Shown here: positions 27,714-37,082 of the stretch, piece by piece
How the letters are laid out: the number at the start of each line of letters is the position of its first letter
Position numbering within the stretch: the first letter of the stretch is position 1
Assembly: GCA_002423965.1 (NCBI GenBank)
Contig: DIOR01000019.1
Location: forward strand, 41,103 to 105,102
Origin: Firmicutes bacterium UBA5509
GTDB lineage: Bacteria; Bacillota; Proteinivoracia; UBA4975
Reading direction: 5' to 3'
Length of the DNA: 64,000 bases
Made by a program: the position numbers and the translations under genes
Notes under the pieces: generated by a model
The model's database searches: none
Seen by the model: the letters and a program-made list of their open reading frames with translations, nothing else
Told to the model about the DNA's origin: nothing

Positions 27714-29051
27714 ATGGCAAGACTATTTGGCACCGACGGAATCCGGGGCAAGGCAAACGATGAGCTGACACCGGAATTGGCCTTTAAAATTGGCCGGGCG
27801 GCAGCCTCCTACCTGGGGGGAGACAAGGGAGGGACATTTCTCATTGGCCGTGACCCCCGCCTGTCTGGTGCTATGTTGGAGGGGGCTTTGGCCAGCGGCA
27901 TCGCCTCAGTGGGCCTTGACGTTGCCTTGACGGGGATTGTCACTACCCCCGGCCTGTCTTGGCTCACCAAAGAGATGGGGGCCACTGCAGGGGCGATGAT
28001 TTCCGCTTCTCACAATCCCATGGAGGACAACGGCATTAAATTCTTTAACTCTCAGGGCTTTAAATTAGAAGATGCCCAGGAAATAGCTATAGAAGAACTA
28101 TACTTCCACGGAACTGATAATTTGCCACGACCCACAGGGGAGAAGGTGGGACGAATTTTACGAGAAGAAGAGCTTATACAAAAGTATTGTGATTATCTCC
28201 TTTCCACTGTCGATCTTTCCTTAGGGGGATTAAAAGTCGTAGTGGACTGTGCCAACGGCGCCGCTTCCGGCATCGCCCCCAGGGTCTTCGCTGCTGCCGG
28301 TGCCCAGGTGGAGATAATCCACGCCGCCCCTGATGGCATCAACATCAACCGCAGCTGCGGTTCAACTCATCCCGAAATCTTGGCTGCAGTTGTAAAATCC
28401 AAAAAGGCAGATATCGGACTTGCCCTAGATGGTGACGCCGACCGCCTTATTGCCGTAGATGCCCAAGGTAAAATAGTCGACGGTGACAAGATTATGTTAA
28501 TCTGTGCCAAGTCCTTGAAAGATCAGGGCAAACTTGCCAAGGACACTTTAGTGGTCACTATCATGAGCAATTTAGGTTTACTCCTTGCGGCTAAAGGTCT
28601 TGGGGTTAAGACCATTGCCACTAAGGTTGGGGACCGCTATGTTCTTGAAGAAATGCTGCGGGGAGGATACATCCTTGGCGGCGAACAATCGGGGCATATT
28701 ATCTTCCGACAATACGCCACTACTGGCGACGGCCTCCTCAGTGCCCTGCAGCTGATGCAGATTATGGTCCAAAGTGGCAAAAGCCTTGAGGAACTAGCTA
28801 AAGTCATGGAATCCCTGCCACAAGTTCTCATCAATGTCCCCGTTGCCAGCAAAAAGGGTTGGCAGGATAACAAGGAGATTGCCGCCAAAATCGCCTGGGC
28901 AGAAGCGGAGCTCCAGGGACAGGGGAGGGTGCTGGTGCGTCCCTCAGGGACAGAACCCCTTATCCGGGTAATGCTGGAAGGCCCCCGGGAGTCCCAGGTT
29001 CAGGCTCTGGCCCAGGAAATTGCCGATGTAATTAAGGCTCAGCAAGGATAA
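27714..29051 (+). CDS. glmM: Phosphoglucosamine mutase
   Basis: LFGTDGIRG, MISASHNP, DGDADR, GGEQSGH, RPSGTEP. Confidence 0.96.
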   Translation: MARLFGTDGIRGKANDELTPELAFKIGRAAASYLGGDKGGTFLIGRDPRLSGAMLEGALASGIASVGLDVALTGIVTTPGLSWLTKEMGATAGAMISASHNPMEDNGIKFFNSQGFKLEDAQEIAIEELYFHGTDNLPRPTGEKVGRILREEELIQKYCDYLLSTVDLSLGGLKVVVDCANGAASGIAPRVFAAAGAQVEIIHAAPDGININRSCGSTHPEILAAVVKSKKADIGLALDGDADRLIAVDAQGKIVDGDKIMLICAKSLKDQGKLAKDTLVVTIMSNLGLLLAAKGLGVKTIATKVGDRYVLEEMLRGGYILGGEQSGHIIFRQYATTGDGLLSALQLMQIMVQSGKSLEELAKVMESLPQVLINVPVASKKGWQDNKEIAAKIAWAEAELQGQGRVLVRPSGTEPLIRVMLEGPRESQVQALAQEIADVIKAQQG

Positions 29052-29074
29052 ACCCATAGATGTACAAATAGAAG

Positions 29075-29105
29075 CGGGGCTATCGCCTAATAAGCGATAG
29101 CCCCG
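29075..29105. terminator. Hairpin between convergent glmM and ABC permease
   Basis: CGGGGCTATCGC-ctaataa-GCGATAGCCCCG. Confidence 0.75.
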
Positions 29106-29132
29106 TCTCCTATTGAAGTAATGAGGGGGATT

Positions 29133-29951
29133 TTATTGCTGCCAGCGAATAAAGAGCTTCTCTAGCAGCACAACGGCCAAGTACATTATGGCGGCAGCCA
29201 CTCCTAGGATGATAACGCTGGTCATCACCAAGTTAAGGCGGAAGACCTGGCCCCCGTAGACCGCCAAGTAACCTAAGCCCGCCTTTGATACCAGGAATTC
29301 CCCTACTATTACCCCTACCCAAGACAGGCCAACATTGATTTTTAGTGCAGATATTATAGTGGGCACACTTCCTGGAAGCACTGCCTTTTGCAATATCTGA
29401 CCTTTGCTGGCCCCAAAGGTCTTCAGCAACTTTACACGATCTGGGTCCACCTGGCTAAAGCCTGCATACACACCTAAAATAGTTACCACCACCGACACCA
29501 GTAGGGCCATGACAATTATGGCGGAAACACCACTGCCCATCCAGACGATGATGATTGGCCCCAGGGCTACTTTGGGTAGACTGTTAAGGACCACCAAGTA
29601 AGGATCAAGCACCCGAGCCAGTGGCTCCGACCACCAGAGGATGATGGCGAATATCGTCCCTAGAATAGTGCCCAGGGTAAAGCCCACAATGGTTTCCCAG
29701 ACCGTGACCCCAATGTGGAGAAAGAGGTCCCCGCTATTATACAGGTTAACAATGGTCTTGAGGATTCCCGAAGGCTGGCTGGTAATAAAGGGGTTGATCC
29801 AGCCTACTATCGCTGCCAACTCCCAAATCCCCAGCAGGGTCACCAGCAGTAAAACCTGACTGAGGAAAATATTTATCTTGCGGCGACGGACTTTCCGGAG
29901 ATATGCCGCCTGCTCGGGAGAGAGAGAGATTGCCTGTTCCCTATTGGACAT
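29133..29951 (-). CDS. ABC transporter permease (NitT/TauT/SsuC-like)
   Basis: NSLPKVALGP, KTFGASKGQI EAA-like loop, VIVGEFLV. Confidence 0.88.
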   Translation of the reverse strand: MSNREQAISLSPEQAAYLRKVRRRKINIFLSQVLLLVTLLGIWELAAIVGWINPFITSQPSGILKTIVNLYNSGDLFLHIGVTVWETIVGFTLGTILGTIFAIILWWSEPLARVLDPYLVVLNSLPKVALGPIIIVWMGSGVSAIIVMALLVSVVVTILGVYAGFSQVDPDRVKLLKTFGASKGQILQKAVLPGSVPTIISALKINVGLSWVGVIVGEFLVSKAGLGYLAVYGGQVFRLNLVMTSVIILGVAAAIMYLAVVLLEKLFIRWQQ

Positions 29952-30714
29952 GGATATCCAGCTCCTTCCATATCCGATTAAAATAATCCCTAAATTCCGG
30001 AGCTTCCCGGCATTTAATCGGCGTGTGCTCCTGGCAGGTGAGGACTATTTTGTGAATGCTCTTAATGGTCCCAGGTCTTCTGGTAAGCACAACCACATGG
30101 TCTGCCATACTAATGGCTTCCGAGATGTCGTGGGTGACCAATATGGCCGTCTTCCCTTCTCGGCTGATGATCTTTTTAACCTCATCGGAGACCACCAGCC
30201 TGGTCTGGTAGTCCAGGGCGGAAAAGGCTTCATCCAAAAGGAGGATTTCCGGCTTGATGGCAAGGGTGCGGATGAGAGCTGCCCGTTGACGCATGCCCCC
30301 GGACAGTTGGCGGGGAAATGCGTTTCTAAATTCCCATAGTCCGTATCTCTCCAAGAGTTGCCGCACTGACTCCCGGGTTTCCGCCGTAAGTTTGTTTTGC
30401 ACCTCCAGGCCCAGGATTACATTCTTCCAAATGCTGCGCCATTCAAAGAGCTGATCCGTTTGAGGCATATACCCTACTGAAGCACTTACCCCCTCAACGG
30501 GCCGGCCATTGATAGCTACCTCTCCTTGAGTTGGCTCAAGCAGTCCGGCAACGACATTGAGCAAGGTAGATTTTCCGCAGCCACTGGGCCCTACAATGCT
30601 GATAAACTGCCCCTGAAACACATCTAAGGAAATGTTTTCCAGGGCAGTTGTCTCCCCTTCGGGACTGTGGTATTTAACGACAATATCCTTGACTTGGACT
30701 AATGGTCGCGCCAC
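29941..30714 (-). CDS. ABC transporter ATP-binding protein (NitT/TauT family)
   Basis: GPSGCGKST, LSGGMRQR, LLDEAF, VTHD. Confidence 0.9.
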   Translation of the reverse strand: MARPLVQVKDIVVKYHSPEGETTALENISLDVFQGQFISIVGPSGCGKSTLLNVVAGLLEPTQGEVAINGRPVEGVSASVGYMPQTDQLFEWRSIWKNVILGLEVQNKLTAETRESVRQLLERYGLWEFRNAFPRQLSGGMRQRAALIRTLAIKPEILLLDEAFSALDYQTRLVVSDEVKKIISREGKTAILVTHDISEAISMADHVVVLTRRPGTIKSIHKIVLTCQEHTPIKCREAPEFRDYFNRIWKELDIHVQ

Positions 30715-30734
30715 GGGTCAGCCCCCTTTCAACA

Positions 30735-31754
30735 TTACTCGCCCTTTGTCATGGCCTTTTCGGCAAAGTCATTAGTGACCAGCTTAGCAAAAGGTGCCCG
30801 GGTATCCAGTTCCCCTGCCATAACCATTACATCTTGCAGGAGCTCAAAGGCATCTTGCTTGAAGATGGGGTCTGTCCTCCAGGCGTCAATTTCCTTGTAG
30901 CGAGCTGCCACCAGTGTTAGGGTTTCTAGGTCAGAGTCTGGAAAGGAAGGCTGAATGACTTCTGCTATTTCTTGTGGAGTATGCTGGGCAACCCAAAGCT
31001 GACCTTTGTAAATGGCATCTGTAAAGGCCTGGATGATTTCAGGATTCTTCTCAATGTAACTCTTAGCCGCCGAGAAAGCAGTGTAGGGGATTTCACCGCT
31101 GTCCGCTCCCACCGAGGTTACTATATATCCTTCCCCAGCAAGCTCCACAGTGGTAGCTACCGGCTCAAAGAGGGTGACAAAATCCCCTTCTCCACCGGTA
31201 AAAGCACCCCCCATTAGGGCAAACTGAATATGAGTTAGGACCTCCACATCTTTACCGGGAGTAAGCCCTTGATGTTTTAGGACATATTCAAGGGTCATCA
31301 GGGGCATGCCTCCGGGCCTGCCGCCAATAATCGATTTGCCCCGTACATCTTCCCAGGTAAAGTCTGGCATGGGTTGGCGGGCGACTAAAAAAGATCCGTC
31401 CCGCTGGGTGAGTTGAGCGAAGTTTATGGCGTAATCAGCCTGCCCTTGATTGTACACATAGATAGAGGCCTCCGGCCCCATAAAGCCAATATCTGCCTGG
31501 CCTGAAAGGAGGGCAGTCATAACATGGTCTGCTCCCTGGCCTGTGGTGAAATCTAAGTCGATTCCCTCCTCGGCAAATAAACCCAAGTTGACGGCAACAT
31601 ACAGGGGTGAATAGAATACTGAATGGGTTACCTCATTTAGGCGCACTTTGGTGAGCTCACCGCTATTCTTTTTACACCCCGGCAACATCGCCAATGCCAG
31701 CACTAACACAACTGCCAACACCAAAAGGGCATACCTTTTTTTCTTTCTTGCCAT
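30735..31754 (-). CDS. ABC substrate-binding lipoprotein (NMT1/SsuA-like)
   Basis: Lipobox-like LPGC, EVTHSVFYSP, GGRPGGMP, LFEP. Confidence 0.85.
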   Translation of the reverse strand: MARKKKRYALLVLAVVLVLALAMLPGCKKNSGELTKVRLNEVTHSVFYSPLYVAVNLGLFAEEGIDLDFTTGQGADHVMTALLSGQADIGFMGPEASIYVYNQGQADYAINFAQLTQRDGSFLVARQPMPDFTWEDVRGKSIIGGRPGGMPLMTLEYVLKHQGLTPGKDVEVLTHIQFALMGGAFTGGEGDFVTLFEPVATTVELAGEGYIVTSVGADSGEIPYTAFSAAKSYIEKNPEIIQAFTDAIYKGQLWVAQHTPQEIAEVIQPSFPDSDLETLTLVAARYKEIDAWRTDPIFKQDAFELLQDVMVMAGELDTRAPFAKLVTNDFAEKAMTKGE

Positions 31755-31989
31755 ACTATTGCCTCCCCGAAGTTTCTAGTTCATTACTATAGTATTGAGC
31801 AGTGCAACAAATGTGTGCAAAGGTAATGGGTAAAGCACCCACAGTGCAAGCAAAAAAGCAGCCCCTTGGCTGTTTATAATAAAACTTATTATCCTTTCCG
31901 TACGCATCCTGTGAGTTAACCAAGACCAGATATTCGTGCCTAACCTCCAGGGTATTGATAAAAACCCTACAGAAAAAGGGGTGAGTGAG

Positions 31990-32145
31990 ATGGATGGCAA
32001 ATGTACATGCAAGTGGGTTAAATGTCCCCGCCATGGCAAATGTAAGGAATGTATCCAGCACCATAAGCTAAACACCACAATCCCTCCCTGGTGCCAACAT
32101 CCCAACCGTAAAAAGCCAAAAAAAACAGAGCCCAAAGTTCAGTGA
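31990..32145 (+). CDS. Small Cys/His-rich protein (51 aa)
   Basis: MDGKCTCKWVKCPRHGKCKECIQHH...WC; purine-rich RBS before ATG 31990. Confidence 0.6.
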   Translation: MDGKCTCKWVKCPRHGKCKECIQHHKLNTTIPPWCQHPNRKKPKKTEPKVQ

Positions 32146-32228
32146 TACCCATCAGGATACCAAGAGTCAATTGTTTCAATTAAATCTACAGCCAGACATG
32201 GGTTGGAGAAGGTTTTTCTATACCAGTT

Positions 32229-34160
32229 GTGGAATTTCATATTAAAGAACAGATTGGGAGTGGCTTGCTATTGATTAAACCAAAGGGAATGCAATTCTAC
32301 GATAAACAAGGGCGGAGGGTCCAGCTTCGCGGCGTCAACCTAGGGGGCAACTCCAAGTACCCCTTCATCCCCAATATGCCCAGTCATATAGAAGAAGATT
32401 TCTTTCAGCATCGGGATGTCTCCTTTTGCGGCCGGCCCTTTCCCTTGGAGGAGGCAGACGGTCATTATGCCCGCCTGCGAAACTGGGGATTTAACTGCCT
32501 GCGCTTCCTCATTACCTGGGAAGCCATTGAACATGCAGGCCCAGGCATCTACGATGAAGAGTACCTAGACTATTTGTACCAGGTAGTAGCCAAGGCGGGG
32601 GAGTATGGCTTTTATGTCATCATTGACCCCCACCAGGATGTGTGGAGCAGATTTACCGGTGGCGACGGTGCCCCCGGCTGGACCCTGGAAGCCGTTGGTC
32701 TAGATATGAAAGGGTTTAAGGCCACAGGCGCTGCAATCGTCCACAACACTCATGGCGACCCCTTTCCCAGGATGGTCTGGCTCACCAATAGTGCTAAACT
32801 TGCGGCGGCGACGATGTTTACTCTTTTCTTTGCCGGCAATACCTTTGCCCCCGAGACAAAGATTGAGGGTGTTCCTGTCCAAGACTATCTTCAATCCCAT
32901 TACTTTATGGCCATCCTTCAGGTTGTCCAGAAGCTAAAGGGCCTGCCCCATGTCCTAGGTTATGAAAGCTTTAATGAGCCCTCTCCCGGCTGGATCGGCT
33001 GGCAGGATCTCACCCAGCACCAGGCGTTAGCTAAGATGGGAGACACACCTACCCCGTGGCAGTCCATGCAGTTGGGGGAAGGAATCCCCCAAGAGGTAGA
33101 AACATGGAAGATTGGCCTCAGGGGAATCCGCAAGACAGGCAAGGGTAAAATAGATCCCAAGGGCCAAAGGGCCTGGCTGCCAGGCCGTACTTGTATTTGG
33201 CGTGCTCACGGGGTCTGGGATTACGACAGCTCGGGGACTGGGTATATAAACAACCCTGGATATTTTACTGGGGTTAACGGCCAGCCCCTGGATTTCGCCC
33301 GGGATTTCATGACCCCCTTCCTTAAAGAGTTTGTCCGTCAGATTCGCAGCGTCGATTCCAATGCCACTATCTTCATCGAGTATGCTGATAGGCCTGTTCT
33401 TTGGACTAAGGAAGAGGCAAAAAATATTGTCTACGCTCCCCATTGGTATGAGCCGGTGGCCCTGATGCTAAAACGCTACCTGCCTTGGGTTACATATGAC
33501 CAGGAAGGGAAGAAGATTGTCCTTGGCCGGGGCAAAGTGCGGAAACAGATGGTGAAGGAGCTGGCCAGATTTAAGGAACAGTCCAGGCTGATGCTAGGCG
33601 AAATGCCTGTCCTCATTGGGGAGACCGGGATTGCCTATGACATGCACAGGGGAAAAGCATTTAAAACCGGAGATTTCACTGCCCAAAACAAGGCAATGGC
33701 TCGTCTTATTGAGGCATTGGAAAAGAATTTCTTAAACTTTACCTTATGGAATTATACGGCAGACAATACCAATGAGCGGGGGGACGGCTGGAATGGTGAA
33801 GATCTGTCCATCTTCAGTCTTAGCCAACAGCAAGATCCCCAGGACATTAATTCTGGCGGTCGGGCCCTGGAGGCCCTTGTCCGGCCATGGCCTAGGAGAG
33901 TTGCCGGTGAGCCTATTAGGATGAAATATAACCTTAAAACCCGAAAGTACAGCTTCCGCTTCCGCCAGGAACCCGGGCTTGACCAGGCTACAGAGATCTT
34001 TATCCCGGCATATTCCTATCCTCATGGTTTCGAACTCTGGGTATCTGACGGCAGTTTTTCCATCGACACCGCCGCTACACTAGTGCATTGGCAACCAAAT
34101 CCTAGTAAGGACGTGCACACCATCCGGATTTCTCCCCGTCAACCAAAAGCCCAGACCTAA
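32229..34160 (+). CDS. Glycoside hydrolase family 5, endoglycoceramidase/EGCrP (sterylglucosidase)-like
   Basis: LRGVNLGG, TWEAIEHAGPG.YD..YL, DPHQDVWSR..GGDGAP, FNEP acid/base, IGETG nucleophile, LWNY, C-terminal beta domain; start may be TTG 32265/32271. Confidence 0.88.
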   Translation: MEFHIKEQIGSGLLLIKPKGMQFYDKQGRRVQLRGVNLGGNSKYPFIPNMPSHIEEDFFQHRDVSFCGRPFPLEEADGHYARLRNWGFNCLRFLITWEAIEHAGPGIYDEEYLDYLYQVVAKAGEYGFYVIIDPHQDVWSRFTGGDGAPGWTLEAVGLDMKGFKATGAAIVHNTHGDPFPRMVWLTNSAKLAAATMFTLFFAGNTFAPETKIEGVPVQDYLQSHYFMAILQVVQKLKGLPHVLGYESFNEPSPGWIGWQDLTQHQALAKMGDTPTPWQSMQLGEGIPQEVETWKIGLRGIRKTGKGKIDPKGQRAWLPGRTCIWRAHGVWDYDSSGTGYINNPGYFTGVNGQPLDFARDFMTPFLKEFVRQIRSVDSNATIFIEYADRPVLWTKEEAKNIVYAPHWYEPVALMLKRYLPWVTYDQEGKKIVLGRGKVRKQMVKELARFKEQSRLMLGEMPVLIGETGIAYDMHRGKAFKTGDFTAQNKAMARLIEALEKNFLNFTLWNYTADNTNERGDGWNGEDLSIFSLSQQQDPQDINSGGRALEALVRPWPRRVAGEPIRMKYNLKTRKYSFRFRQEPGLDQATEIFIPAYSYPHGFELWVSDGSFSIDTAATLVHWQPNPSKDVHTIRISPRQPKAQT

Positions 34161-34195
34161 GTCGTAAGTATATTGCTACCCACAGTGGGGGCAAA

Positions 34196-34228
34196 AAAGA
34201 GGTGACCCAGCGTATGGGTCACCTCTTT
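34196..34228. terminator. Bidirectional terminator between GH5 and hflC
   Basis: AAAGAGGTGACCCA-gcgta-TGGGTCACCTCTTT. Confidence 0.85.
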
Positions 34229-34239
34229 GCAACATCGGG

Positions 34240-34351
34240 TGCGACATCGGGGACGGTCCTTTCTGTCGCAAAATGGGGATGCAACATCCGGGACGGTCCT
34301 TTCTGTCGCAAAATGGGGATGCGACACCAGGGTCCGTCCCCAGTGTCGCAA
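34240..34351. repeat. REP-like palindromic units: two 40-bp direct copies plus a shorter inverted copy
   Basis: TGC(G/A)ACATC(G/C)GGGACGGTCCTTTCTGTCGCAAAATGGGGA twice (34240, 34280), then TGCGACACCAGGGTCCGTCCCCAGTGTCGCA (GGGACGG core reversed). Confidence 0.85.
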
Positions 34352-34356
34352 GAGTT

Positions 34357-35289
34357 CTACCTACTGCCAAAGAGATACTTGGCAAATTCTGAATCGGCAT
34401 CAATTACCAAGGTGGTATTATCTTTAAGAGTGGTTCGGTATGTCTGGAGGCTACGGAAAAACTCGTAGAATTCGGGATCCTGGCCATAGGACTGGGCATA
34501 GATCTTTAAAGCTTCTGCTTCTCCTTCTCCACGAATTCGTTCGGATTCGGCATAGGCCTGGGCCTCGATAATCGTGGCCTCCCGGTCGGCCTGGGAGCGG
34601 ATCTTCTGGGCCTCTTCCTGGCCCTCAGAGCGGTACTGCATGGCCATTCGTTCCCGTTCTGTCCGCATACGGTTAAAGATATTGGCATTGTTCTCCTGGG
34701 GCAAGTCGGTGCACTTAATCCGCACATCGATAATCTCAATGCCATAATCCTTGACATCGATATTGGACTGGCTGACGATTTCGCTCAGCATGTCTTGAAC
34801 GTAGTCCTTATCGGAAATCAGGACTTCGGCATTGATCTTCCCGATCTGTTGGTTCAGATGTGAATAGATAATATCCTCCAAGCGCACATAGGCGCTGGCC
34901 TCAGTGCGCATGGTCACCCGGAACAAAGCGGGGTTGATGATTTTCCATTGGGCATAATTATCCAGGATGACCTTCTTCTTGTCCTTGGTGGTCACTTCCC
35001 TAGCATCGACATCATAGGTAATTAGGCGGCTGTTGTAATAATCCACTTTGTCCAGGAAGGGCACCTTAAAGAAAAGGCCGTTACCTTCGACAATTGTCAA
35101 GTCTTTAAAGCGGGAATTCCCAGGGTCATCGATAAGATTGGCATCACTGACGACAATCTTATGGATCTCACCAAAGCGGGTGACAATGGCATGTTCTGTC
35201 ATTGAAACTTGAAAGGTAAACATATTGAAAAAGATGTAGACTCCAAGGACTACTGCAGCAATTATTACCCATCTCTTATTCCGTTTCAA
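34357..35289 (-). CDS. hflC: SPFH/band-7 protease modulator HflC
   Basis: AIVTRFG, TTKDKKKVILDNYAQWKI, DVRIK, MRTERER, YAQSYGQDPEFYEFFRSL. Confidence 0.93.
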   Translation of the reverse strand: MKRNKRWVIIAAVVLGVYIFFNMFTFQVSMTEHAIVTRFGEIHKIVVSDANLIDDPGNSRFKDLTIVEGNGLFFKVPFLDKVDYYNSRLITYDVDAREVTTKDKKKVILDNYAQWKIINPALFRVTMRTEASAYVRLEDIIYSHLNQQIGKINAEVLISDKDYVQDMLSEIVSQSNIDVKDYGIEIIDVRIKCTDLPQENNANIFNRMRTERERMAMQYRSEGQEEAQKIRSQADREATIIEAQAYAESERIRGEGEAEALKIYAQSYGQDPEFYEFFRSLQTYRTTLKDNTTLVIDADSEFAKYLFGSR

Positions 35290-36254
35290 TTGATGTCACC
35301 TCCCTGAAGGGGCAGCCATTTGACGGTGCTGCCATCTTCGTTGACAATGTAAACTTGAATACCCGGCAGGATATCTTCCATCATCTCCAGGTACAGGCGG
35401 GTGCGGGTAACTCCCTTGCCTTGCCGGTATTCAACAAGGATGCTATTAAACATTGCCACATCCCCTTGGGCCTCAGCTATGCGTTGCTCCTTAAAGGCCG
35501 CGGCCTTGTTAATAGCTTCGGCGGCATTGCCTCTGGCCTTGGGAATAATTTCGTTAGCATAAGTTTCCGACTGATTGATGTAGGACGACCTATCTTCCCT
35601 GGCGCTAGCAACATCTTTAAAGGCGTCATTTACTTCCGATGGAGGAAAGACGTCCTGTAATTGGACGGCGGTAACTGAAATTCCCAAGTTGTACCCGTCG
35701 AGAATTGCCTGCAGATCATCCTTAATCTCCTGCTGGATGCTGAGCTTATTCTCAGTAAGGGCTGCGTCCATGGGGTGGTTGGCTACCACCCTGCGAATAG
35801 TTGCTTCCGCTGCGACCCGCAGAGCGTCTTCGCCTAGGGTTACCTCAAACAAGAACTTCTCGATGTCTACAATCCGGTATTGGACAATTGTTTCCACATT
35901 GATGAGGTTTTCATCACCGGTAAGCATAAGGGCTTCAGCAGGCACATCCCTATACTGGGCATCTGCACCTTCCTTCACTGTGCGGAAGCCAAATTCTAGG
36001 CGCTTGACCTCCGATACCTTGACCTTTTCTACACTGTCAATCAAGGGGAGCTTCCATTTCAGGCCGGAAGTAGTGACGGTTTCCACATGCTTGCCAAAGC
36101 GAAGCACCACTGCCTCTTCCCCAGAATCCACAGTGTAAAAACCACTGGTTAAGAGCAAGACTACCACCACCAACACCACAAGGGGCGGGATAAACTTTGC
36201 CCATTTCGGGGTCGGAAGCTTTTCTTTGATATCATAGACGTTGTTCAAAGGCAA
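35286..36254 (-). CDS. hflK: SPFH/band-7 protease modulator HflK
   Basis: AVVLRFG, MLTGDENL, VQLQDVFPP, AF.DV.SARED, TRTRLYLE. Confidence 0.93.
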   Translation of the reverse strand: MPLNNVYDIKEKLPTPKWAKFIPPLVVLVVVVLLLTSGFYTVDSGEEAVVLRFGKHVETVTTSGLKWKLPLIDSVEKVKVSEVKRLEFGFRTVKEGADAQYRDVPAEALMLTGDENLINVETIVQYRIVDIEKFLFEVTLGEDALRVAAEATIRRVVANHPMDAALTENKLSIQQEIKDDLQAILDGYNLGISVTAVQLQDVFPPSEVNDAFKDVASAREDRSSYINQSETYANEIIPKARGNAAEAINKAAAFKEQRIAEAQGDVAMFNSILVEYRQGKGVTRTRLYLEMMEDILPGIQVYIVNEDGSTVKWLPLQGGDIN

Positions 36255-36321
36255 TACACCTCTCCCATAGTTATATACACATTATATACTGAATACATGG
36301 CGGTGAACAGAAGAGCAATAT

Positions 36322-36343
36322 AAAACAGCCCCAGGGGGCTGTT
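36322..36343. terminator. Short hairpin after transglycosylase gene
   Basis: AACAGCCCC-a-GGGGGCTGTT. Confidence 0.5.
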
Positions 36344-37082
36344 AATTCTGTCCTTGGTAGACTTCCGCGGCGGCTTCTTCGGAAGTTATATAGCCGTATT
36401 CCACCATTCGGTTTAAGACATAGCGCTGCCTGGTAATTGCCCTATCCCAGTCTTTGACAGGGGCATAGTAGTTGGGGGCCTGGACAAGACCTGCCAACAG
36501 GGCGGATTCGCCGATTGTTAAATCATCCACGCTTTTATCAAAGTAAGCCGCAGCTGCCTTCGATACCCCCCAGTTGCCAGCGCCAAAGTTCACCTGGTTA
36601 ATGTACATCTCCAGTATTTCATCCTTATCGTATTTTCGTTCCAACTGGAGAGCGATGCTCATTTCTGCAAGCTTGCGCACCATCTTTTGATCCAGATTGA
36701 GAAATAAGTTCCTGGCCAGCTGTTGAGTAATGGAACTGCCCCCCTGGGCGATGTCCCTGGTTCGTACATTGACCAGCACAGCCCTGCCCAACCCAAAAAG
36801 ATCAATGCCCCCGTGATTATAAAAGCGGTGATCCTCAATAGCCACAAAGGCTTTGACCAAGTGAGGGGGCATCTCGTCAATACTCAAATAATCAATACGG
36901 TACTGGTTTAGATTAGCCACCAGCTTGCCGTCCACATAGCTGATTTTCTCCACATCCCCCTCCATAAAGGGGGTTGGTTTATCCCAGTCAATAGTCCAAA
37001 TCCCCAAGCCCCAGCTAAAGGCCCAAAGGAATAGGACCGCGGCCAATAGTAAGCCTAGAAGCCAGCGCAGACGCTTTTTCAT
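36342..37082 (-). CDS. Monofunctional peptidoglycan transglycosylase (GT51 domain, no transpeptidase)
   Basis: N-terminal TM, AIEDHRFYNHGGID, QGGSSITQQLARN, KDEILEMYIN, RQRYVLNRM; start ATG 37082. Confidence 0.88.
   Translation of the reverse strand: MKKRLRWLLGLLLAAVLFLWAFSWGLGIWTIDWDKPTPFMEGDVEKISYVDGKLVANLNQYRIDYLSIDEMPPHLVKAFVAIEDHRFYNHGGIDLFGLGRAVLVNVRTRDIAQGGSSITQQLARNLFLNLDQKMVRKLAEMSIALQLERKYDKDEILEMYINQVNFGAGNWGVSKAAAAYFDKSVDDLTIGESALLAGLVQAPNYYAPVKDWDRAITRQRYVLNRMVEYGYITSEEAAAEVYQGQN

Noticed and set aside
29052-29132. glmS ribozyme expected after glmM
   Set aside because: Only a terminator-like hairpin in 80 nt, and no glmS gene follows
34240-34351. 40-bp periodic repeats as a CRISPR array
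   Set aside because: Units abut with no unique spacers, the third is inverted, and no cas genes are present; a REP-like reading fits better
34157-34468. Several short ORFs over the repeat/terminator region
   Set aside because: They translate palindromic repeats, lack RBS and overlap hflC antisense
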